Origin: Sphingomonadales bacterium
GTDB lineage: Bacteria > Pseudomonadota > Alphaproteobacteria > Sphingomonadales > Sphingomonadaceae
Assembly: GCA_031406495.1 (NCBI GenBank)
Contig: JANOHL010000061.1
Span: forward strand, 202-64,201
Length of the DNA: 64,000 nt
Reading direction: 5' to 3'
Part shown: in pieces, positions 56,715 to 64,000 of the stretch
Numbering within the stretch: position 1 is the first letter of the stretch
Layout: the number at the start of each line of letters is the position of its first letter
Notes under the pieces: model-generated
Seen by the model: the letters and a program-made list of their open reading frames with translations, nothing else
What the model was told of the DNA's origin: nothing
Databases searched by the model: none
Program-made: the position numbers and the translations under genes

Positions 56715-57626
56715 CCACCCTTGTGATTTGTACCAGCGCGCGGTTTCCTTGAGGCCAGCGCGTGTTTCCACCTGCGGCGTCCAAAGCGCGGCGGGGGGTG
56801 CGGCTGTCTGGTCGATGGTCCAATCTGGGTGGCTGAGATAGCTGGCGCGGTCGGGCGTCAACTTGGCCTTTCGCTTGCGGAAAAGCCGGTCGCCATGTGC
56901 CGCGAGTTTGAGCAAGAAACGCGGTGCGTGGATGGTCGTCACGCGCCGCCCCAAGGCCCAGCCGATGGCACGGGCGAAACCGTCATGGCTCCAACCGTTT
57001 GGCGTGCCATCGTCCGCCTCGAATATCCGCGCGGTGGCATCGTCATGGGCTGGCAGCAGCGCCACCAGTAGCCGCGCCAGATCATCAACGTAAATCCATG
57101 ATCCACGCCCACGCGGCGGCAGCAACGCGAAGCCCTTTGCCGCCATCCGGAACATGTCAAACACATCATGATCGCCGGGGCCATAGACGCCGGGCGGACG
57201 AATGATGGTCCAGTCGAGCATCGAGGTGCCGACCAGCTTCTCGCCGCGCTTTTTGCTCGCACCGTACATCGACAATTCGGGGTGCTTGGCCGCGAGCGAT
57301 GAGACATGGACGAAGCGTATGATGCCTGCGTCTTTAGCGGCTGTGAGCATCTTTGCAGTGCCGGCCACATTACCTGCTTCAAAACCCGCCGCGTCAGGCA
57401 CGTTGACCACGCCCGCAACATGCAACACCGCGTTTGCACCGTCGCAGAGTGTCGCAAGGCTCGCCGCATCGTCCAGGCTACCGTGCACCCACGTGACACC
57501 AGCGCGCTTCGGCTGGTCCCGCCGGGTCAAAGCCCGCACTTGCCATCCGGCCTCTAGCAGCCGGTCGAGCGTCATCTTGCCGACAAAACCGGTCGCGCCG
57601 GTCAGCGCTACGACCTTACCCGTCAA
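56709..57626 (-). CDS. NAD(P)-dependent extended SDR, CerR-like (ceramide reductase)
   Basis: TGATGFVG, HVSSLAA, YGASK and RPPGVYGPGD; TTG start; location in the Spt locus. Confidence 0.8.
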   Translation of the reverse strand: MTGKVVALTGATGFVGKMTLDRLLEAGWQVRALTRRDQPKRAGVTWVHGSLDDAASLATLCDGANAVLHVAGVVNVPDAAGFEAGNVAGTAKMLTAAKDAGIIRFVHVSSLAAKHPELSMYGASKKRGEKLVGTSMLDWTIIRPPGVYGPGDHDVFDMFRMAAKGFALLPPRGRGSWIYVDDLARLLVALLPAHDDATARIFEADDGTPNGWSHDGFARAIGWALGRRVTTIHAPRFLLKLAAHGDRLFRKRKAKLTPDRASYLSHPDWTIDQTAAPPAALWTPQVETRAGLKETARWYKSQGWL

Positions 57627-57630
57627 ATCT

Positions 57631-57707
57631 GTGCTCCTGCGAAGGCAGGAGCGCTAGAAGGTCCGCACATCTCCCTATTTCCAACGCTCCTGCCTTCGCA
57701 GGAGCAC
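57631..57707. repeat. REP doublet (GCTCCTGC-GAAG-GCAGGAGC family)
   Basis: Two inverted palindromes; right arm identical to 13141-13167. Confidence 0.88.
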
Positions 57708-57723
57708 AGGGTAGTTTTCATTA

Positions 57724-58848
57724 TCACAAAAGCACCAATTGGTCCCGGTGGACAAGGACCGAGCGCGGGACGGTGCCGAGGATGGCCTCCAGCTCGCCGC
57801 TCCGGTGGCCGCAAATCCGCGCGGCATCAGCGGCGGCATATTCGGACAGGCCGCGCGCAACCGCGATGCCGTCATCGCCGCTGATGTCGATCACGTCACC
57901 GCGTTTGAATTCGCCCTCGACGCTAAGTGCCCCTGCCGGAAGCAGGCTACTGCCTGCTTTCAAAGCTTTGACTGCGCCAGCGTCCACGCGGATACGGCCC
58001 TTTACTGTCAGCCTGCCCCCTAGCCAGCTCTTGCGCGCCGATCCGCCTTCGCGCGGCGCGAAAAAGGTCGAGGCACCGCCCGCCTCCAGCGCCGCCAAAG
58101 GATGATCGCTTAGGCCCGAAGTGATCGTCAGGCCGATGCCTGCCCGCGTTGCGATATCTGCCGCATCGAGCTTCGAAGCCATCCCGCCCGAACCCATGCC
58201 CGATGAGGAACCTTCAGCGACCATGATCCGGATGCGGCCATCGATCCGCGCAACCTCTGGCACAAGCTGCGCACCGGGCTGGAATGGCGGGCGGTCGTAA
58301 AGGCCGTCAACATCGGACAACAGGATCACCCCCGTCGCGCCCGCCGCCTGCGCCACACGCGCGGCCAGCCGGTCATTATCGCCAAAGCGGATTTCTTCTG
58401 TAGCAACGCTATCGTTTTCGTTGATCACCGGCACCGCGCCCGCACCCAGCAAACGGTCCAAAGTCGCCGCAATATTCAAGTAGCGCCGCCGGTCTTCCAG
58501 ATCGTCGAGCGTCACCAGCATTTGCGCCGCCGCCAGCCCTTGCGCGCCGAGGAGTTCCGCCCATAGCCCGGCAAGGATAATCTGCCCGACCGAGGCCGCT
58601 GCCTGCGCATCGGCCAGACTGGCACGTCCGCCTTTGTCGAAACCCATCCGCCGCGCACCCAGCGCCACCGCGCCAGAGGTCACAATTATGATCCGCTGCC
58701 CTGCCTGATGCCGCGCGCTGATATCGGCAACCAATGTTGCCAACCAATCCCGCCGCACACCGCCGTCGGGCTCAACCAGCAAGGACGACCCGACCTTGAC
58801 CACGAGCAACGGGCACTTGGCGTTCGGGAAATGCGAAGCATTGGTCAT
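57724..58848 (-). CDS. proB: Glutamate 5-kinase
   Basis: VVKVGSS, INEND, FGDND, GSGGMASK and a PUA domain. Confidence 0.96.
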   Translation of the reverse strand: MTNASHFPNAKCPLLVVKVGSSLLVEPDGGVRRDWLATLVADISARHQAGQRIIIVTSGAVALGARRMGFDKGGRASLADAQAAASVGQIILAGLWAELLGAQGLAAAQMLVTLDDLEDRRRYLNIAATLDRLLGAGAVPVINENDSVATEEIRFGDNDRLAARVAQAAGATGVILLSDVDGLYDRPPFQPGAQLVPEVARIDGRIRIMVAEGSSSGMGSGGMASKLDAADIATRAGIGLTITSGLSDHPLAALEAGGASTFFAPREGGSARKSWLGGRLTVKGRIRVDAGAVKALKAGSSLLPAGALSVEGEFKRGDVIDISGDDGIAVARGLSEYAAADAARICGHRSGELEAILGTVPRSVLVHRDQLVLL

Positions 58849-58915
58849 AAAGACTCCCAAAGCTCTTGCAATTGTTCACGCGGAGACGCGTGAATCATAT
58901 CTGTTTTTTTTAGTT

Positions 58916-59968
58916 TCAAATCGGCGACCATGTCCCATCTTCCGATATGCCAGTGTTCTGCGTCGATTCGAGCCCGCTTTTTTCCGGAAGTGCTGCCAGT
59001 ATCCGGTCGAGTACTGCGGGCACGCCTTGTCCGGTTGCGCCCGAAATCGACACAATGTCCGTGGCACCCGCTGCCTCAAGCTGCGCCGTGATATCCGCCA
59101 TCAATTCGGCATCAAGCAAATCACCCTTGTTGAGCGCAACAATCTGCGGCTTGTCTTCCAGACCCGCGCCATATTCGGCGAGTTCGTCACACACAGTCTG
59201 CCACGCCAATACCGGATCATCGTGCGTCGCATCGACCAGATGGATAAGAATTTGGCAGCGTTCGATATGCCCCAGGAACCGGTCGCCGATGCCTACTCCT
59301 TCTGCGGCACCGGCGATAAGGCCCGGAATATCGGCGAGCACAAACTCGCGCGATTTGTGGCTGACCACGCCCAGTTGCGGACGGATTGTGGTGAACGGAT
59401 AGGCGCCGACCTTCGCCTTGGTGTTCGACACCTGATTGATAAAGGTCGATTTGCCTGCATTCGGCATCCCGACCAGACCAGCATCGGCGAGCAATTTCAG
59501 CCGCAGCCAGACATACATTTCTTCATAGGGCCAACCGGGGCCGTGCTGCGTCGGTGCGCGGTTGGTCGAGGTTTTATAGCTCGCATTGCCGCGTCCGCCA
59601 TCGCCGCCGCGCAGGAACACCACGCGCTGGCCAACCTCGGTCAGGTCGAGCAGCAAGCTGCGTTCTTCATCGTCGGCCAGCACCTGCGTACCCACCGGAA
59701 GCTTGATCACAAGGTCTTCGCCATAAGCTCCGTGCCGGTCGCGTCCCATACCTTGTATGCCGCGCTGCGCCTTGAAATGCTGGGCATAACGGAAATCGAT
59801 TAGGGTGTTGAGACCGGCGACAGCCTCGAAAATTATGTTGCCACCCTTGCCGCCATTGCCGCCGTCGGGACCACCATATTGGACATATTTTTCACGCCGG
59901 AAACTGACGGCGCCGGGGCCGCCCGCACCCGAACGGATGAAGATTTTTGCTTGATCTAGAAAATGCAT
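58916..59968 (-). CDS. obgE: GTPase ObgE/CgtA
   Basis: MHFLDQAKI, FRREKY, GMPNAGKST, YPFTT, DIPG and NKGD. Confidence 0.97.
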   Translation of the reverse strand: MHFLDQAKIFIRSGAGGPGAVSFRREKYVQYGGPDGGNGGKGGNIIFEAVAGLNTLIDFRYAQHFKAQRGIQGMGRDRHGAYGEDLVIKLPVGTQVLADDEERSLLLDLTEVGQRVVFLRGGDGGRGNASYKTSTNRAPTQHGPGWPYEEMYVWLRLKLLADAGLVGMPNAGKSTFINQVSNTKAKVGAYPFTTIRPQLGVVSHKSREFVLADIPGLIAGAAEGVGIGDRFLGHIERCQILIHLVDATHDDPVLAWQTVCDELAEYGAGLEDKPQIVALNKGDLLDAELMADITAQLEAAGATDIVSISGATGQGVPAVLDRILAALPEKSGLESTQNTGISEDGTWSPI

Positions 59969-60627
59969 GGGGTGCCCCATAGTCGAGGATGTCGGTTTTG
60001 GCCAGTGTTTGCGCCCTTTGGTTCTAACGGGCTGCTGTTGACTGCAAACGCGGCTCCGATATCAATGCCTTGGTCAAGCTCGCTGCCATATGGTGGTTAA
60101 AGTCATGTTCAATTTCCTTTGCTTGGATACGAACAAAATAGGAACAACTCCGACATTGCAATAGTGATGAGAAAACTATTTTAAGTTTATTTGGGCTTTG
60201 CTGAAAATAGCAGTTTGCTCAATGGCTTGCACCGTTGGCCAACGCCAGCTTGACGCAAGTCGGCGCCTTAGATTTGACGGGTCATCCTGCCGACACTGGG
60301 CGGTGCATTTGCCCGCATTCGCTATTTCGGCGACTTCGAACGCTTCGCCGCGATTTCCGAGGTCACCGCAGAAAAGCTCACAGAGGTCGAAATGCGGATC
60401 GCAACATTATTGAGCGTGCCAAAAGGCGAGTTGCGTTACTCGCAAATCGCCGATCTTGCGCATGCGGTCGATGATGTGGTGGTGTCCAAAATCGAAAACT
60501 GGCAATCTGTGTTTGGTGGCAACCAGATTGCGGTTCCGGTCTAACAAACAATGTTACATTATTCTGCTGTTCACGCGGCACAAACTTCTGCACTTAGGCG
60601 CTTGTTTCGAAACTCTCCCGGTGGTGA

Positions 60628-61674
60628 ATGCGGTTAGCTTTGTTCTTTGTGGCGTTTTTCACGCTTTCCGCTTGCGGCGGAGGCGAGGCAAAGCGTGAGC
60701 GGCCGACTCCCTTGGTCACGGTCGAAGCAGTGGCGCCTCATGTTTTTGTCGATCGCTATGTGGCCGTCGGCACGGCAAACGCCAATGAGCAGGTTTCGGT
60801 GCGTGCGCCGGTTACCGAGCGGATAACGCAACTGGGTTTTTCCGATAGTTCGTTTGTCGCAAAAGGGCAGATGCTGGCGGTATTGGCGCAGGGCCAGGAA
60901 ACGGCGTCACTTGCCAGCGCCAAAGCGCGCGCGCGCGAGGCCGATCAGCAGCTTGCCCGCATGGCGGAATTACACCGGCGCGGCTTTGCGACCAATGCCA
61001 GTCTTGATGCGCAGACAGCCGTTGCAGCGGCAGCGCGCGGTGCCGCCGGTGAGGCCAACGCCTCAATAAGCGACCGCGTGGTGCGTGCGCCTTTTGCCGG
61101 ACAGGTGTCTTTACGCCGAATATCTGTTGGCGCGGTAGTCACTGCGGGCGATGAAATCGCGGTGGTTAGCGATATCAGCTCGATCAAGCTCGACTTCAGT
61201 ATCCCCGAAACAATGCTTGCCAGCGTGCGGGCGGGGCAGAATGTCACCGCCAAGGTAGCCGCGTTTCCCGATGTCGAGGCAGTCGGCAGGATTCAGGCGA
61301 TTGATCCGGTGGTCAATCCGCAAACTCGCACCGCGACATTGCGAGCCGTCCTGCCCAATCGTGGCGGGCGGTTCAAACCGGGAATGTTGATGAGCGTAAC
61401 GCTCGATTCTCGCGCGCGGTCATCGGTTGCGGTTCCTGAACTCGCGTTGGTGCGCGAAGGCGACAGCAGCTTTGTCTATGTCATTGGCGCAGATAACAAG
61501 GCGAAGCGGTTGCCGGTAAAGACCGGCGGTCGCGACGGCAATCTGGTCGAAATTACCGAAGGTTTGGCTGCTGGTGACAGGATCGTCACCGAAGGCGTGG
61601 TAAAACTGACCGACGGTGCAAAAGTGCGCACCGGCAAGCAGACTTCGCCCGCCCGAAAAAAGTCTCCCGGTTGA
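60628..61674 (+). CDS. RND efflux periplasmic adaptor (MFP) lipoprotein
   Basis: LSAC lipobox, lipoyl-like halves, VRAPFAG and KPGM. Confidence 0.92.
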   Translation: MRLALFFVAFFTLSACGGGEAKRERPTPLVTVEAVAPHVFVDRYVAVGTANANEQVSVRAPVTERITQLGFSDSSFVAKGQMLAVLAQGQETASLASAKARAREADQQLARMAELHRRGFATNASLDAQTAVAAAARGAAGEANASISDRVVRAPFAGQVSLRRISVGAVVTAGDEIAVVSDISSIKLDFSIPETMLASVRAGQNVTAKVAAFPDVEAVGRIQAIDPVVNPQTRTATLRAVLPNRGGRFKPGMLMSVTLDSRARSSVAVPELALVREGDSSFVYVIGADNKAKRLPVKTGGRDGNLVEITEGLAAGDRIVTEGVVKLTDGAKVRTGKQTSPARKKSPG

Positions 61675-61686
61675 TATCGCGGCCAA

Positions 61687-64000
61687 ATGACGATTTCTGA
61701 TCTCTCCGTCCGCAGACCAGTTTTCGCATCGGTCATTGCAATATTGATGGTCCTCGTCGGCATCGTCGGCTTTCTAAATCTGCCAGTCCGCGAATATCCC
61801 GATACCGAACCGCCGATTGTCTCGGTCGGCACCAGCTATACTGGCGCCGCTGCCAGCGTCGTCGAAACTCGGGTGACGCAGGTTCTGGAAAACGCGCTTG
61901 CGGGCGTCGAAGGTATCCAAACCATCACCTCGCGATCACGCGATGGCAGTTCGGACATCACCATCGAATTCGCCCCGGGACGAACCGTAGATAGCGCCGC
62001 CAATGATGTGCGTGACCGGGTTGGCGGCGTCGCCGATGACTTGCCCGAGGAAGTTCTGGCCCCTGAAGTCCGCAAGGTAGACGCCGACGCCTCGCCGATA
62101 TTGTTTCTGGTGGTATCGAAACCCGGTTGGTCGCGGCTCGAATTGAGTGACTATGTCGACCGCAATCTTGCCGACCGGTTTTCCGCATTGGACGGTGTTG
62201 CTCGCATTTTTATCGGCGGTGAGGCAAGGCCGTCGATGCGTGTTTGGCTGAAACCAGACCGGCTCGCGGCTTTAGGCCTGACACCCGCCGACATCGAGAC
62301 CGCGCTCAGGACACAGAATGTGGAGCTTCCCGCAGGGCGTCTTGAATCGGTCGAGCAAAACATAACGCTGCGCGTCAATCGTCCTTTCGCGACGACCGAA
62401 CAGTTCGCGCAGCTTGTCGTATCGCGCGGCACAGATGGCTATCTGGTCCGGCTCGGCGACGTCGCCCGCGTCGAGACGGGTGCCGAAAACCCTTATTCGG
62501 CATTCAGGCTAAATGGGGACTCCGCCCTTGGCATGGGCATTGTCCGGCAGTCGGGTGCCAATACGCTGTCAGTTGCCGAGGGCGCGAAAAATCTGGCCGA
62601 ACAGATCCGCCCGACATTGCCGCAAGGCATGACGATCACCGTTGGGGCCGACGACTCTCTGTTTATCAGCCGCGCCATCGACGGTGTATGGACGACGTTG
62701 GCTGAGGCGGCGGCCTTGGTTGTGCTGGTCATTTTCTTGTTTCTGGGAAGCTGGCGGGCGACGCTGATCCCAGCGATTACGGTACCGATCTGTCTTTTGG
62801 CAACTTTTGCGGTGCTATGGCTTCTCGGATTTTCAATCAATCTGCTGACTTTGCTGGCAATGGTGCTCGCCATCGGTCTGGTGGTCGATGACGCGATCGT
62901 AGTGCTGGAAAATGTCTACCACCGGATCGAGCAAGGCGAACAACCGCTGGTTGCTGCGGTCAAGGGAACCCAGCAGGTCGCGTTTGCGGTGATTTCAACG
63001 ACCATAGTGGTCTGTGCAGTGTTCGTGCCTGTCATGTTTTTGGCCGGTCAAACCGGATTATTGTTCCGCGAACTTGCCGCGGCGATGATCGCAGCCGTCG
63101 CTTTTTCCGGCTTCGTCGCGCTCAGCCTGGCACCGATGCTGTGCTCAAAATTGCTGCGTAACGAAGAACGCGGCAAGCTCGCTCGCTGGGTTGACGACCG
63201 GTTTCAGCGGGTCGAACAACGCTATGCCGACCTGCTCGCGCGGGTAATCGCCAAGCCTTTGACTGCAATTCTCGGCGTCGTGGCATTTCTGGCGGTCAGC
63301 GGTTTTCTGTTTACCACTTTGCAATCTGAGCTCGTTCCCGCCGAAGACGTGGGGATACTGAACGCCAATATCGCCGCCCCCGAAGGCACCGGCTATGCGG
63401 CGATGGACAAATATATGCTCGACGCTTCGAAGCCGATGTTGACCTTGGTCGATAAGGGCACGGTCCGCTCGATCATCCAGCGGACACCAGGCGGGTTTTC
63501 GGCGAGCGACGATTTCAATGGCGGGACATTTGTCGTGTTTCTGAAACCGTGGGAAGAACGCACAGAAACGACCGAGGATGTTGTCAATCAGGTCAACAAG
63601 ATATTGGCCGATCTGCCCGCGGTGCGGGGCAATGCGACCGCGCGTTCGTCAATCGGGCGCGGACGTGGGCAGCCGCTGAGTTTCGTTATCGCAGGTTCCA
63701 GCTATGAAGGGCTGAGCGCGGCGCGCGATCGCATATTGGCGGCTGCACGAGACAACCCCGGCATCGTTAACCTCGATTCCGATTATAAGGAAACCAAGCC
63801 GCAGATCCAGATCGACGTCGATACCGTTCGCGCCGGCGATCTCGGTGTATCGGTTGAGGCGGTCAGCCAGGCATTGCAGTCGTTGTTAGGCTCGCGCCGA
63901 GTGTCGACCTATGTCGACCGGGGTGAAGAATACCGTGTGATTGTTCAGGCCGATGCGGTCGACCGCGCTTCGCCGGAAAATCTGGCCGCCATTCAGGTGC
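61687..64000 (+). CDS. RND efflux permease (AcrB/MdtB-like), truncated by the window end
   Basis: Manual translation MTISDLSVRRPVFASV...LPVREYP; IGLVVDDAIVVLEN. Confidence 0.93.
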   Translation, partial: MTISDLSVRRPVFASVIAILMVLVGIVGFLNLPVREYPDTEPPIVSVGTSYTGAAASVVETRVTQVLENALAGVEGIQTITSRSRDGSSDITIEFAPGRTVDSAANDVRDRVGGVADDLPEEVLAPEVRKVDADASPILFLVVSKPGWSRLELSDYVDRNLADRFSALDGVARIFIGGEARPSMRVWLKPDRLAALGLTPADIETALRTQNVELPAGRLESVEQNITLRVNRPFATTEQFAQLVVSRGTDGYLVRLGDVARVETGAENPYSAFRLNGDSALGMGIVRQSGANTLSVAEGAKNLAEQIRPTLPQGMTITVGADDSLFISRAIDGVWTTLAEAAALVVLVIFLFLGSWRATLIPAITVPICLLATFAVLWLLGFSINLLTLLAMVLAIGLVVDDAIVVLENVYHRIEQGEQPLVAAVKGTQQVAFAVISTTIVVCAVFVPVMFLAGQTGLLFRELAAAMIAAVAFSGFVALSLAPMLCSKLLRNEERGKLARWVDDRFQRVEQRYADLLARVIAKPLTAILGVVAFLAVSGFLFTTLQSELVPAEDVGILNANIAAPEGTGYAAMDKYMLDASKPMLTLVDKGTVRSIIQRTPGGFSASDDFNGGTFVVFLKPWEERTETTEDVVNQVNKILADLPAVRGNATARSSIGRGRGQPLSFVIAGSSYEGLSAARDRILAAARDNPGIVNLDSDYKETKPQIQIDVDTVRAGDLGVSVEAVSQALQSLLGSRRVSTYVDRGEEYRVIVQADAVDRASPENLAAIQV

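Noticed and set aside
60022-60090. 21-aa leader peptide (MAASLTKALISEPRLQSTAAR) upstream of obgE
   Set aside because: Too short to support without conservation data.

Overview
A mostly core-genome window from a GC-rich alphaproteobacterium. Gene content and order point to Sphingomonadales, probably Sphingorhabdus-like (inference). Housekeeping blocks: pgsA-moaD-moaE, tRNA-Leu(CAA), glnB-glnA, tonB-exbB-exbD-exbD, an egtB-egtD ergothioneine operon, rpsU, class I fumarase, nrdA-nrdB with tandem NrdR boxes, obgE-proB and a partial RND efflux pair. The most notable block is an ~11 kb sphingolipid locus (46.9-57.6 kb): GNAT ceramide-synthase-like gene, MOP-family flippase, LptG/LptF paralogs, DUF2141, DAGK-family lipid kinase, Tam41-like nucleotidyltransferase, serine palmitoyltransferase, ACP and CerR-like reductase. 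An orphan Pycsar-effector-family (DUF5706-like) membrane protein with no cyclase sits inside it. Also seen: a decaying acyl-CoA catabolic operon with two deletions; several REP-like palindrome families (one in-frame inside a CDS, one apparently supplying the cerR ribosome-binding site, some nested); four sigma-EcfG-type promoters; and a small accessory patch after nrdB with an AT-rich ORF, a staircase repeat and a 17-bp direct-repeat-bounded gene-plus-structured-DNA module. All family calls come from motif recognition by eye, with no database search. Several starts were moved from the ORF track to the start codon I judged more plausible.
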